Of a stretch of DNA of 64,000 nt, positions 49,301-61,513 are shown in pieces. The translations under genes were made by a program, and so were the position numbers. How positions within the stretch are numbered: the first letter of the stretch is position 1; each line of letters opens with the position of its first letter. This DNA comes from Takakia lepidozioides (Eukaryota > Plantae > Bryophyta). Where the stretch lies: NCBI GenBank assembly GCA_030704615.1, contig CM060732.1:74276001-74340000 (forward strand). Direction: 5' to 3'. Below the pieces are notes generated by a model that saw only the letters and a list, made by a program, of their open reading frames with translations, was not told where the DNA came from and searched no databases.

Positions 49301-52300
49301 TGTAGTGTCCTCAGCCATGTCTGTTGCCATGAGATTGTCTGATGAAAATGAAGTTAGGCAGAAAACTTCCCTGAACTTGTTTCCAGTCTGTGACATGGGG
49401 GAGGACATCTTGGATGACCTCAAGGGTCTACCCACTCTCGGCACTAGACTGAAATTTAAACTCAGGGCAGGAAGCCTACCTTTGAACAGCAAACAGAAGC
49501 AGAGAGGAAAGGGAGAGTGCAATTGCCCGTTGTGTGGGCAATCTGAAGACAGTATTCATTTTCTGATACACTGTCCGGGGGTTCTCTCACCAAAGAGACG
49601 CTCTCTTCAAATCTATTAAGGGAATTGTGCCTGTACCCCTGTTTACCAACTTTGAAAGTCTCGAAGCTGAGCCAAAAGCCCAGGCCCTCCTGAGGCCTAG
49701 TTTTTGGGCAAATCACACACAGCAGATTGATGCTTGTGTGAAGGGATTTCTAGAGGATATCTGGAAAACCCGGATTAATTCTTTATATGGAGGTAAGTCT
49801 TACTACCAACGTCAGCCCCTGACAGAGGTAGGTTCTGTCCCTTTTGTTCCCGCTCAAACTGGGCACGGGGTCAATGGCCACAAGGCTACGGCAAACAACA
49901 TCTTATGAGTACAATCTTTTATTCCCTTTGCATGGCTGCAGGGACCTCATATCTCAGATCTCAAGGGCTCCTGTGGATGTCCAGAAGAAGGGTCTGAAAC
50001 TTTCCATATCAAGATCATTTTATACAAGGCTGAAGGATCTAGGCACTACATTACATGAGCACTGGTTAATGTGCCGTTCTCCTTCGCCATGCTCGACTTA
50101 GCAAAATATTTGTTATCTACAGCCTCCTTTGTGTCTGGAAGATGTTGTTCTGGACCTGGTTTGAGACACAGGTTTGTACTTCTCATGCATTTTGTTAAGT
50201 ATTTTTTGCAGATTTTTGCCTGCTAATGGCTCCCAGCAGCTGTTACATTTGGAGGCTATATCTGGTGAACCTGTTTCTGGTGGTGGCATGAATCAGCCAA
50301 CGAAGCAGGCCTTGAATAGCGTCGGAATGCTAACCCGAGAAACAGGTGATTACTCCAATCATAGTCTCACCAAGTCATTGACTTCCAAAAAAGCCTCAAT
50401 TTTACTTCTGTATGGATGTTCTAAACCTGAATTCTGAAATGAATCCATGTAAGGTAGAAACATGAAGGCTTAGGACAGTACTGTCATTCAGTGCTACTAG
50501 TTCAGACCCTTTGTTAGGGGGTTGTGGTACTGAGAGACAGGAGAGACACTCTCATCACACTTGTCACTTGAGATTAGACAAGATTTTGTCTTTTCCATGG
50601 ATATCTAAACTGTATTTCTCACTTTGGCATTTATTTCTGCCAGCCATTTGGTAACGAATGAATGGATTCTCTTGGCAAAGGCTCTGTGCCAGTCTTAATC
50701 ACATCCAGACAAATGTGACTTAATGACCCTTTGAGCCTAAGCAACAACCATTGAAGAAGCCATACCTGTGGAGACAACCATCATATTGAAAAGGAGATGT
50801 GTCTTTGGCGTTTGTATGCATATGCCATGAGATAGTTCCCTCTCTACTGCCTAAGCAAATATTCTTCAACCACAGGCTGGTTGTTGGCGAAGAAGCTTTG
50901 CACACTACTCCAGTGTACATGTTTTCTTTCAACCAGTTTTTTACTGTCAGCAGAATGTCTTTGACGTATGATTTTTCCTTCTATGCTGTTTTCTTATTAA
51001 TAACCAAGCTGATCAGTTGTGTTTTGAACCAGAAACGAAAGACCATGCTGCAGGTTCTGTCAGCATGACTGGGTGTTGCTCGTTTTGGGTGCAGAGAAAA
51101 TGGCAGTTTCCAGGTCCTCAGAATGTTATGTTCCCCAAAGAAATATCCTCTCTTTTGATGTTGAGAAGGAAGTTTCAGGCTCCAACATCCACCCTAAAAA
51201 TGAGCCATGCGATGTTGGTGGTGCAACAACAGCTTCATCTGTGGATACCAAAAGTGAAGAATCTAGATGGAGTCTTCAAGGTTGGTTCTCTGTTTCTGGG
51301 GTTATACTTCGTACTATTAATTCGTCAGTGCATCCCTACTTGGATACTGATGAGTAGATGCTTGGTATATGGTGTTCTCAAGAGGGTACAGAAAGCAATA
51401 ACGTGTTTGGTTATTGTTGCATCCTGATGCATATCCCTTTCCTAAGGTAGTTCACACTGATTCATTGAGGATTTACATAACAAGCAGTCAGGACTAGGGA
51501 GCTGATATCTATGTTTGCAGAGGGTGGTGAAGCTGTTGGCCAGGCCAGGCAAGGTGAATTGTCCCAAGTGAATGTGGAGTTTCAGGTGCGCTGGTGAGAA
51601 TCCTATTCATCTGAGGATAAGCATTTTGGCAATTATTACTTCAGGCAGTCCACCAACAGGCAAATCTGAAACATTCTAGTATACAGCCACAATAGCCCTG
51701 TCAGACAATATTTGTTAGTGGTTCAAGACAATTGCCCTGTCATCGGTGTGCGAGTTCAATAGGAAGAACCACATTGCCAGCTGCCACTCCATCAGCATGC
51801 AAGTCAATCCAACCAGGTCGGATGTGGGGTTTAGTGGTTCCAAAGGAATGTGAGGGCTAAAGTGTTAATTTTTAGGGACATTGTATCAACTAAACAGGAT
51901 CTATTAGCATGGTGAGTATAGCCATTGTAGTCAAATGTCAACTAAACTCCAGAATATACATGGCTGCAGTACCATTAGGCAGGAATGTCATGTCACTTTG
52001 GAGGTCAGGAGAAAGTGGTGGCTCTGTGGGAGTTTCCACTGTCTTCAAGATTCTCTGTTTAACAGCAGCTTCCTTGTCTAAAACTGAAGTGGGTAATTTT
52101 GGGTGTCTTTTTCAGGAGATCTTCTCTGGTCACGCAAGCCCAATCACTCGGTGCCGCTTTTCTGCAACAGGAGCTAACATTGCAAGTGCATCCGTGGATG
52201 GCACTGTGAGGTGACATTTTTCAACATTGCTACCTTTTCTGGGAAATCCATGGCAGCTACCCAATGTCTCCTTCTTACAATGTGTCTCTAGCGTCTATCT

Positions 52301-55300
52301 AGGATATTTGATTTCAAAGTTCAAATGACAGTTTCATACAGCCAACATGCAAGTTATAATATGAAAGCTCTCCGGCTGTTTATTTTTGTGGTTTCCTTCA
52401 GAATATGGACACCAGATAATGCTGCAGCAACATCATCCCGAAATGCAACTATCTATAGTGGTGCTGAGATTATGTCATTGGAATGGGAGTACAAGTCTGA
52501 CCGCTTGGTACTTCCCTCTAAACCGCACACGAACAATAAAACTTTCTGGCCCTGCAATATCCTGTTTGTTAAGATGATATGTTATTTGAAGTGTAGTGCT
52601 AATATTTTAATCGTAGCTGCCTTGTTCTCTGATCATTGACACATGAAGGATGAGTTCCTCTATTGTGGGTCCATGTTGAGATATGCACTTGTGGATTTCA
52701 AAACCAATTAACTTGATCTCAGTTGGGATCCTGTTCTACGTACTGGTAGTTGCTGTTAGGAACAGCAGAGCGGGGCATAAAAGCATGGAATGTGGAGGCC
52801 AAGCGTGTAGTTTGTGATCTTTCAACTGATGCTGCATTTCCACGGTAAGTGAGATCTCTCTGGTCCGATGAGGTCCATTTGTCTAGCCTTACCTCTTTTA
52901 CTTGAGATAGACACATGACACTGTTATGTGGTCATTCGTTTGTAGCCTATCTCAATTGTGCTGTCAATTCGTTCCAGTCTATGCATGCTAGTGGTTCAGG
53001 CAGCTGGGCTCGTTCTGTGCTGAAAGACTTGAAAGAGAGTGATTCATATTTTCAAATTATTTGTTCCTATAGAGCTTAGTTTTTGAGTCTGATGGTGGCT
53101 ACAGCTTTAGAATGTCTATCTTTGATGTGTAGGGTAATGGACCTGAAATGCAGTCCAACAGACCCTGTGTTTTGTTGCGCAGCTGCATCTTCAACAGTGT
53201 AAGGCATCACTGCAGTCACTCTAACTCACTCTTCACGCTGTTTGATCTATTAGATGTTGGCAGGGTATTTGAGATGCTTTGTCAAACCTTTTCTATGATT
53301 CTCCTTCGTTGCTTTGTATGGTTGGTGATGACTGCTTCCGTCACATATTGGAGGCTTCTGATATCCAGGCGAAGGCGAGGAGTCCATTCCTAAAAAATTG
53401 TGCCCTTTGTGTCTAGCTTGTTTATAGTTTTGAAGTTTCTACCTTTTTTCAGTTTGCATCTGGCTTTCACAACCCATGTGTTTTTTGCATCTACTGTGAA
53501 ATTTGTTACTGTAGTCAAGATTACTCTAGTACTCAAATGTGCTTTAAGGAGTTTAGTGAATAGAGTACTGTTCTAAATGAGGCTGGAAACTACCTGGGTG
53601 CTTTCAGGCATGAAATGGAAGGAATGGGGGCGCTTGGTTTTGGCTCTTTGACTGTCTGGAATATGCGCACATGGAAGCCCATGGCAAGTGACTCAATATC
53701 CGTACGAGCATTGTTGTTTCATCAAGGACAGGGAGTTAGATTTCTGCAACTTCTGTTGAGACCAAATGTGGTTTGTGTTGCAGAGTTTTCTTCCACTTGG
53801 GGAAGACCCTCCAGTTGTGACCTCTGTGTGTTTCAACCACAATGGAAAAATTGTTGCAGCTGCAGCAACAGATGGCATGATTCGTCTTTTTGGTATCCTT
53901 GAGAGGTCACAATAACTGGTCTTGGAGGAACTGAAAAGGATTCCGAATATGAAGCACAAGATGTCCGGAACCCCCACTTTGGTAGTGTCATCCATGTACC
54001 ACATGTCCACAATAGAATAGTGGGATACATGTATCTACTTCGCTGACCTGCACATTTCTTCTCTTGAGATATACTCTTGCAAGAAATACTCAAGATCACC
54101 CGTTGTTATTTGTGTGTGGAAGCACTTTTCCACTTGTTAGACAGTTTTGAGAGGTTTGACAGCATGCAGATGTGTACAGAATGTGACACAGAAAATTTCA
54201 AGGTTCTTTGATGGTTGTCCTTCATTTCATATCAGATATAAAGGGCTGTTTACCTATCACAGGGTGGCCAGCCCATGATGGTTGTGCGGTGTCTTGTGTT
54301 CGGTTTGGTCATGACCAAGCAAGCATTTTCAGTTTGGGCACTGATGGCAAGGTAACCTTCTTGCTCATGTGTCTTTGTGATTGAGGGTTGTCTTTCTTGC
54401 CAGCCTCTCTGTTGATTCAATTTTATTTTTGTGTTCTATTTTGTCTGAAGAGGTTGTTGCAGGCAACATGCCGAGACTTTTATGGGTTTGATTTTGGAAC
54501 CTAGAAAGTGACAGTCGATGAAATAGCAGCAAAGCGTAACCGTTGGTTGGAGAAATGAGAATGGCAGGTTTTTGAGTGGAGTTTGCACAATCAAGGCCAA
54601 ATCCTGCAGTCCCAAGATGCCAGCCAGTGCGTGATCAGCTCAAATCCCTCCCACTCAGTTACGCTTAGCTTTGAGAGAGCTTCAATTTTGTTCAGCAGGT
54701 TTTTGGCAAATTGTATAAGATTACAGGTTTGGTTTCTGTTTCCTAACAATGAACCTGTTGGGCTCTGAGCACCTAGCTGTCTTAGCAGTCACAGCCATGA
54801 TAGACCTCTAATGAACATTCCTTACCATGGTTCTTGTTTTGGATGGAGCAGATTCTGTTCACTGGAAGGATGGGAGCTGCCTCGACACGAAATGGCATTA
54901 GATGCATGCGGAAAGCACTTGTTATTAACATCTAACCTCACTAAATCACCTATATATAACGTGAGTATCTTGTCCTCTCAGCATCTTGGATGCATGTTCA
55001 TTTGACTGACTGACTTATCTCCATGTCTTACAATGCACTATATGCTTTCTTTCTTTGGTTCCGCCATCCATTGACCTCTACCTCTTTCTCTCTTCAGAAG
55101 CAGAATTCAGCATACTTATCTGGAACTAGAAGTCAAGGTAGTTTTGCATTTTCATCACATTTTAGTGTCAAGTGTTTTCTTTGGCTGGGTCTGCAGTGGG
55201 ACAGGTCCAGGTTAGCTCAGAACACTCTGGAGCACACGGGTGCAATTACATCGGTGGATTGGCATCCCTCAATGCCTATGTATTTGACTGGCTCTGCTGA

Positions 55301-55352
55301 CCACTCTGTACGTGTCACATCAATTGTTGGTGCTTCCTCTGCTCTTTGTTAG
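46383..55352 (+). CDS. WDR91: WD repeat-containing protein 91 homolog (LisH-like N-terminus, coiled coil, WD40), multi-exon
   Basis: Exons 46383-46502 (VKEFLLFRGFTHT), 47739-48009, 48305-48427, 48619-48760, 49942 onward. WD40 exons FSGHASPITRCRFS, VTSVCFNHNG, GWPAHD, HTGAITSVDWHP...GSADHSVRV. Stop at 55350-55352. Confidence 0.85.
48428..48618 (+). other. U12-type AT-AC intron in WDR91
   Basis: 5' ATATCCTC, branch-like TTCTTGAC at 48597-48604, 3' AC. Splicing restores DSI-R-LPALLK. Confidence 0.8.
48869..49914 (+). mobile_element. 5'-truncated non-LTR retrotransposon (LINE) in a WDR91 intron
   Basis: ORF with LINE C-terminal motifs RPALEYGSAIW, AVRGEFG, LRAGSLPL, CPLCG..EDSIHFLIHCP. 15-bp TSD tcttttattcccttt at 48854-48868 and 49915-49929. 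Confidence 0.85.
53893..54235 (+). other. U12-type GT-AG intron in WDR91
   Basis: 5' GTATCCTT, branch-like TCCTTCAT at 54218-54225 close to the 3' AG. Splicing restores IRLF-D-IKG. Confidence 0.75.
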
Positions 55353-56374
55353 CAAGTCCAGGGAATGGTGTTAGCTGATAGAGCCCACCTCCAAAAGGGG
55401 CAGTAGCTGTGTCTCTCAGTTACGCCGGCTTCGGCCTGGAGTCTTACTTTTCTTCAAGTGTTAGCTGGAGTCGAAATAATAAAAATCATCCTACAGTAGG
55501 CACTCGTTCAAGAATCTGTGGTCACTAGAATGGCTTACACAGTTTTGTACTCCCAAATTCCTTGCAAATGATTAATTAGTAGCTGTTATGGACAGCTTCT
55601 TTAAACACTGTTGGTTGGGGCACATTCTGGAAGTTGAAGAGCATTGTGTCAGACATCTCTTGTAGTGGAACGATAAAGGAGCTAAAGAGGAGGTTGGTTC
55701 TTAAATTAAAATACAATCAGTTCACGCATTCCAATAATGCCATCCTTTCTTTTGAGATTAGAGGAACATTTAGGTGACAAACTGTACTCCTATAAACCCA
55801 TATGAACTACCCCTATAAACTTAACTTGTTGCACTGCATTTCTCATTCGGGTGAATTTATGGGTTCTTTTCTACAATGACTTAGCCTGGCATGGCTGCAA
55901 TGGTTATGTATAGCATTGAAAATGACTCATAATATATAAACTCATTGATCACAACCTGATTTCCACTTCGCTTAACTGTGTGGCAACATTAGCTTTTAGA
56001 ATGGTAGTGATATATTTTTTCGAAAAGGGACGAAAGCCCTGACATACATTACATAGTAAGGCAAACATAACCTTGCCAAGAATGCCACAAAGGTTCGTAA
56101 TCAAGAGAACCAGGGAAGATGAAGCCTACAGGATAATACAGAATTTGACATTACACCAGAAAATTCATGTAAGTATAATTGTCGTTGATATATGTGGTAA
56201 TGTTTTACATAAGAAAGGAAACCTGGGAGCGACAGCTCACAATTCAGGCTTTTCGCAGACGAGGGGGACAAATGAAGCCCCATTCGAGTAAGAGGGATTA
56301 CCCCCATTCAAGTAATACAGTCACTACCGGCCACTTAGAGACGGCCTACTCTTGGCAGCATCGTCGTTGCAGTC

Positions 56375-57952
56375 CTACTTGTGAGTAGACATGAAGGTTT
56401 CGTAGAAGTTGAGACCATCAAACTGCGGTGCAATCTTCAATGGCGCACCTGTTCGCACCAACTTGGGCTCTTGCTTCTGATCAGGGTGCTCTGATGACTG
56501 TGGCTTAGCACGTTCTTGAACTGGAATTGAAGAAGTGAAGGTTTCGTAGAAGTTGAGACCATCAAACTGCGGTGCAATCTTCAATGGCGCACCTGTTCGC
56601 ACCAACTTGGGCTCTTGCTTCTGATCAGGGTGCTCTGATGACTGTGGCTTAGCACGTTCTTGAACTGGAATTGAAGAAGTGAAGGTTTCGTAGAAGTTGA
56701 GACCATCAAACTGCGGTGCAATCTTCAATGGCGCACCTGTTCGCACCAACTTGGGCTCTTGCTTCTGATCAGGGTGCTCTGATGACTGTGGCTTAGCACG
56801 TTCTTGAACTGGAATTGAAGAAGTGAAGGTTTCGTAGAAGTTGAGACCATCAAACTGCGGTGCAATCTTCAATGGCGCACCTGTTCGCACCAACTTGGGC
56901 TCTTGCTTCTGATCAGGGTGCTCTGATGACTGTGGCTTAGCACGTTCTTGAACTGGAATTGAAGAAGTGAAGGTTTCGTAGAAGTTGAGACCATCAAACT
57001 GCGGTGCAATCTTCAATGGCGCACCTGTGCGCACCAACTTGGGCTCTTGCTTCTGATCAGGGTGCTCTGATGACTGTGGCTTAGCACGTTCTTGAACTGG
57101 AATTGAAGAAGTGAAGGTTTCGTAGAAGTTGAGACCATCAAACTGCGGTGCAATCTTCAATGGCGCACCTGTTCGCACCAACTTGGGCTCTTGCTTCTGA
57201 TCAGGGTGCTCTGATGACTGTGGCTTAGCACGTTCTTGAACTGGAATTGAAGAAGTGAAGGTTTCGTAGAAGTTGAGACCATCAAACTGCGGTGCAATCT
57301 TCAATGGCGCACCTGTGCGCACCAACTTGGGCTCTTGCTTCTGATCAGGGTGCTCTGATGACTGTGGCTTAGCACGTTCTTGAACTGGAATTGAAGAAGT
57401 GAAGGTTTCGTAGAAGTTGAGACCATCAAACTGCGGTGCAATCTTCAATGGCGCACCTGTTCGCACCAACTTGGGCTCTTGCTTCTGATCAGGGTGCTCT
57501 GATGACTGTGGCTTAGCACGTTCTTGAACTGGAATTGAAGAAGTGAAGGTTTCGTAGAAGTTGAGACCATCAAACTGCGGTGCAATCTTCAATGGCGCAC
57601 CTGTGCGCACCAACTTGGGCTCTTGCTTCTGATCAGGGTGCTCTGATGACTGTGGCTTAGCACGTTCTTGAACTGGAATTGAAGAAGTGAAGGTTTCGTA
57701 GAAGTTGAGACCATCAAACTGCGGTGCAATCTTCAATGGCGCACCTGTTCGCACCAACTTGGGCTCTTGCTTCTGATCAGGGTGCTCTGATGACTGTGGC
57801 TTAGCACGTTCTTGAACTGGAATTGAAGAAATCCTAAGCAATTCATCCCAGGAAGGACCGTTCGGTAAATAAAGGGCACCATATATGCGAGCCTCTAAAT
57901 AACCGATCGAGGCTGCTCCTGCAACAGCCGCAAATCTCCCCAAGCTCGACAT
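56375..57952 (-). CDS. Intronless tandem-repeat protein (~525 aa): short N-terminus plus 10 x 48-aa unit ending in APQFDGLNFYETF
   Basis: First ATG at 57952 (MSSLGRF; the ORF-track start at 58162 is TTG). Open frame to the stop at 56375. TATA box upstream. Confidence 0.7.
   Translation of the reverse strand: MSSLGRFAAVAGAASIGYLEARIYGALYLPNGPSWDELLRISSIPVQERAKPQSSEHPDQKQEPKLVRTGAPLKIAPQFDGLNFYETFTSSIPVQERAKPQSSEHPDQKQEPKLVRTGAPLKIAPQFDGLNFYETFTSSIPVQERAKPQSSEHPDQKQEPKLVRTGAPLKIAPQFDGLNFYETFTSSIPVQERAKPQSSEHPDQKQEPKLVRTGAPLKIAPQFDGLNFYETFTSSIPVQERAKPQSSEHPDQKQEPKLVRTGAPLKIAPQFDGLNFYETFTSSIPVQERAKPQSSEHPDQKQEPKLVRTGAPLKIAPQFDGLNFYETFTSSIPVQERAKPQSSEHPDQKQEPKLVRTGAPLKIAPQFDGLNFYETFTSSIPVQERAKPQSSEHPDQKQEPKLVRTGAPLKIAPQFDGLNFYETFTSSIPVQERAKPQSSEHPDQKQEPKLVRTGAPLKIAPQFDGLNFYETFTSSIPVQERAKPQSSEHPDQKQEPKLVRTGAPLKIAPQFDGLNFYETFMSTHK
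56392..57830. repeat. 144-bp tandem repeat x10
   Basis: Units appear identical except for a T/G variant at 57029, 57317 and 57605. Confidence 0.95.
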
Positions 57953-58199
57953 GCTGCACAATTGACAGAGGCGGATCCGAATAAGCCTGACAGATGAATG
58001 AGCAACCTTTGAGTGCGACACGCGGGAAGCAAACGAACTCCGGTTGCAAGGGTTGAATTGCGCGCTCCAAATCAACCAACACAGATCATGTGCGATTTTC
58101 CAGGCTCTCCGACAACTATCTCGAACACCCACCAGCGCACTCAGGGCCCAGGAACTCGTCAATGAGCACGTTTGTGAAACAAGTTGGCAACTCGCTGAG

Positions 58200-58207
58200 C
58201 TTTTATA
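58200..58207 (-). promoter_or_regulatory. TATA box (TATAAAAG) of the repeat-protein gene
   Basis: cttttata on +, about 250 bp upstream of the ATG at 57952. Confidence 0.4.
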
Positions 58208-58867
58208 CTAGGCTGCCAGACCCTCCGATTTTAGTAAAAGTTGACAACTCCAAAAGTTGTTCGATGTGTACAAATAAAGATTGAAAAGTACATCATTGCC
58301 ATGTGGGACTTGGGATGACGTGAAATAGAAAAAACCTTGTACGTGATTGGACATGGGGTCCTATTATAGCTTCCACCCAAGCCACATCTGGGCTACAAAC
58401 AAAATAACCTTTTCACAGTAACCTCGCAGATATACTGCCATTGCCATGCAGTGACTATCTTTGGAGTGTGTTTAGAAAGTGTTTAATTTTATGGTGGTTT
58501 TGCTTACGGTGTCTATAGTGGTTCTCTATGTTTCTTTTTCCTATTCTTGGATTTGCAAGGAAACAGCAGCCCCTGCAACTGGGCGTTGAGGGGGAAAATA
58601 AGTATTAGATACCAGACAAGATGTTCCATCCATCCACTGGAGAAAGGTGACAACCTGGTGTATGAGTTCCCGCCTTCATTCGGAATGGAGTGAGTGCGAG
58701 GAGGTTTGTTGGAGCTCAGGCTTCGAGCTCGCCCTGCAGCAGAGGATTGATCGTAGAGCAAAGCTTACTTGGGAGGAGGTTTTAGTCAGCGTACTCTTTG
58801 AGATTGGGTGAGCAATCTTCAGCTGCTTGCTTCAAGACCTTAGAGGGAGGAGAGTTGCTGGATAGGG

Positions 58868-60067
58868 ATGGGACGTGCTAGAATTGAGATCAAGAGATTG
58901 GAGGACGAAGCCAAGGCAAAGGTGACGTTTTCAAAGCGTAGGGATGGGTTGCTCAAGAAAGCGAAAGAGTTGGCTATTCTTTGTGACGTTGATGTGGCGG
59001 TAATTGCGTTCTCTCCTTCTGGAAAACTAGTACAGTTCTGTAATCGGTCTATTGAGGATGTGATAGGACGGTTTGACTTATCCCATGCACGCCAAGAGAA
59101 GATTTTTCAGATGAATCACTGCAGTGATGTGGGGAACTTGAGCACGTTGCGTGATCAAGTTGGGAAATTGCAGGCAGAATTGAGTGCCTCAAAAGAACTT
59201 TCAGGAATGTTGTGGGGAGATGAAGTTTGCCTCCAACGATTGAATCTTGCGGAGTTGGAGAGATTAGGAGCGCAATTGCGCGAATCTCATCAAAAGGTTC
59301 TAAACTACATGGGCTGTTTGCGGAGCTATGGTGTTCCTGCCGGGTCATGCCTCAATGTCCAGATGGCTGCTGAGACATGCGAGGTTTCGGCTCTAACACA
59401 TCAGGGAGTGGAGCCACGTCATGAGGTAGAGGGATCAGGAACAGAGCAAAGCTCATCGACCCTACATGGTGCTGAGGCTAACGGAAGTATTGAGGCTATT
59501 ACAGGAGGATCAGGTACAGGGCATATGTACAGCGCATCCCAGCTAGAGGCCGATCAGAGGCAATATTCTGAGACTCTTATGGAGGTTCTTTATTCTTATC
59601 AGGCAGGGACCTCCTCGGAAGAGGAGTCTGAAGGATCTGAGGCTATTACCGAGCTTACAGAGGGATCAGGTGCAAGATCAGGTGCATCCCAGAGCCTACA
59701 GGAGTGGCAAGATTCTGAGCAACTTCTGCAGGATCCTTGTGCTGATCCGGAAGAGGAATCTGAAGGATCTGAGGCTATTGCAGAGGGATCAGGTGCAGGG
59801 CATATGTGTAGTGCATCCCAGAGTCTACAGGAGTGGCAAAATTTTCGGCAACTTCTGCTGCAAGTTCCTTTTCCTGATCCGACAGGATCTTGGGAAGAGG
59901 ATTTTGAAGGATCTGAGGCTATTACAGAGGGATCAGGTGGAGGGCACGATATGCGTAGTGCATCCCAGAGCCTACAGGAGTGGCAAGATTCTGAGCAACT
60001 TCATTGTGCTTATGAGGCGGGGTACTGGGAAGTGGAAGCAGGGAATCGAGACATGATTCTCGATTAA
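58868..60067 (+). CDS. Intronless MADS-box transcription factor, MIKC*-like, with acidic C-terminal repeats
   Basis: MGRARIEIKRLE...VTFSKRRDGLLKKAKELAILCDVDVAVIAFSPSGK...SIEDVIGRF, then a K-like heptad region and repeated EEESEGSEAITEGSG..SASQSLQEWQ units. Confidence 0.85.
   Translation: MGRARIEIKRLEDEAKAKVTFSKRRDGLLKKAKELAILCDVDVAVIAFSPSGKLVQFCNRSIEDVIGRFDLSHARQEKIFQMNHCSDVGNLSTLRDQVGKLQAELSASKELSGMLWGDEVCLQRLNLAELERLGAQLRESHQKVLNYMGCLRSYGVPAGSCLNVQMAAETCEVSALTHQGVEPRHEVEGSGTEQSSSTLHGAEANGSIEAITGGSGTGHMYSASQLEADQRQYSETLMEVLYSYQAGTSSEEESEGSEAITELTEGSGARSGASQSLQEWQDSEQLLQDPCADPEEESEGSEAIAEGSGAGHMCSASQSLQEWQNFRQLLLQVPFPDPTGSWEEDFEGSEAITEGSGGGHDMRSASQSLQEWQDSEQLHCAYEAGYWEVEAGNRDMILD
59480..60003 (+). 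repeat. 3-4 degenerate coding tandem repeats in the MADS C-terminus
   Basis: Recurring gaaggatctgaggctatt...gggatcaggt...gcatcccagagcctacaggagtggcaa. Confidence 0.75.
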
Positions 60068-61513
60068 ATTATCTTAGGATCATGAAAATCTTGATCGCTG
60101 CAAAAGTGGCAAGTCTGTATAATTGTTGATCCTGGTGCTGATCCATTGGAGAGCCCTTGGTCTTAGCTCTAGGAATTAGAAGGAGTACTAGGTAGCACAC
60201 CGAGCTTCTTTGGTAGTGATACTGTAAGGGATGTATTACAATTCTTATGGAAGCACTGCTCAGTACACTACCAAATTTGTTGGTCCTGAAATTTTAACAC
60301 ACTTAAATCACATGGAAAAGCTGCAACGGTGGCCATTTTGTATTCATTGTCTATGTAAGTTGAGTGCACGGGACCCATGCGTTGGAACGGGGCACCGCGT
60401 TTGGTGTTGGGCATCGGCAGTCCGTGATGTATCCGCGAGTGCCCCTAAAGGATTTAGTGAGAATCCTGCTGCAATAGTCAAAGATTTTGTGGATAGGACG
60501 TTAGGGATAGATTGTAGAGACAGTATGCGTTAACAGGTAGCATAGCTGAAGTTTTGAATAAGCATTGTTGATCCAGCTGCTCAAAGCATGTTTTCGAGTC
60601 CCAATGGACCGTTGGCTGAACTTGTTGACGGATTGAGCCCAAGTTATGCACAGGCAAGCACAAACTCCCCATCCAAGTAGGCATACAACACCTCGGGCTA
60701 TCTGTAACCTGGCATCATCAATCAGGCGCTGTAACTTGGACAATGCATTCTTCCATCATCTCCATTTTATCATATTACAAGGAAAACTGGGGCTGAGACT
60801 TCAGCCTCAGGCATAAATACCTAGAAGGAGCCAAGATATGGTCTAGATCATATGCTCTGTCTCATGTGCAAACGTTTGATGAGTACATTCTCTCTAACAC
60901 ATTGGATTTCCTTTGTAGATATTCTCATCCAATTCTAAGTCACTTTCTCCCCCTCATTTGCAAATCTCTTAAGAGTTCATTCTCTCCCAAAATGAAATCG
61001 ACAAACTGCCTGTCGTGAAGTAACATTCCACAACCAGATCAGATCATGCTCCTGTGATTTCTTGTTCCCAGCACAAGAATCATAGGGCAGTGGCCATGAC
61101 ACATAGAGAGATTCATTAGAGCATCACAATGAGAGTGATAGAACTGAAGTATCACATTGAGGGGCTAGAGAAATTTGAGCATCCTAGGAGCCAAGTCTCC
61201 ACTGTACAGGAAAATGTCTATTATTTTGACTTGACTTATCTGCTGCAACTAATGTCATGAGCTACTATGACTATCCTAAATTGGTGATGGAATCCCCACC
61301 AAGATTGTTTACCTGGGGGTTCTGCTAATATTTCTCTAGGATTTTCTAGATGAAATGTCACCTGTTTCATTTCCAAGTAGCTGAGAGCCCCACATTTGGC
61401 CCTTGTCACCCCATCTATTCGTAGTTCAAGACCTGATCCAGGACCATGGCGAAATAATCCTCTGGGAGACAACAAGGTATCACTAGGTTTGAAGGTGGCA
61501 AAACATACAAAGC

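Noticed and set aside
56392-57830. Regular array resembling CRISPR
   Set aside because: There are no unique spacers; it is a pure 144-bp in-frame coding repeat in a eukaryotic context.
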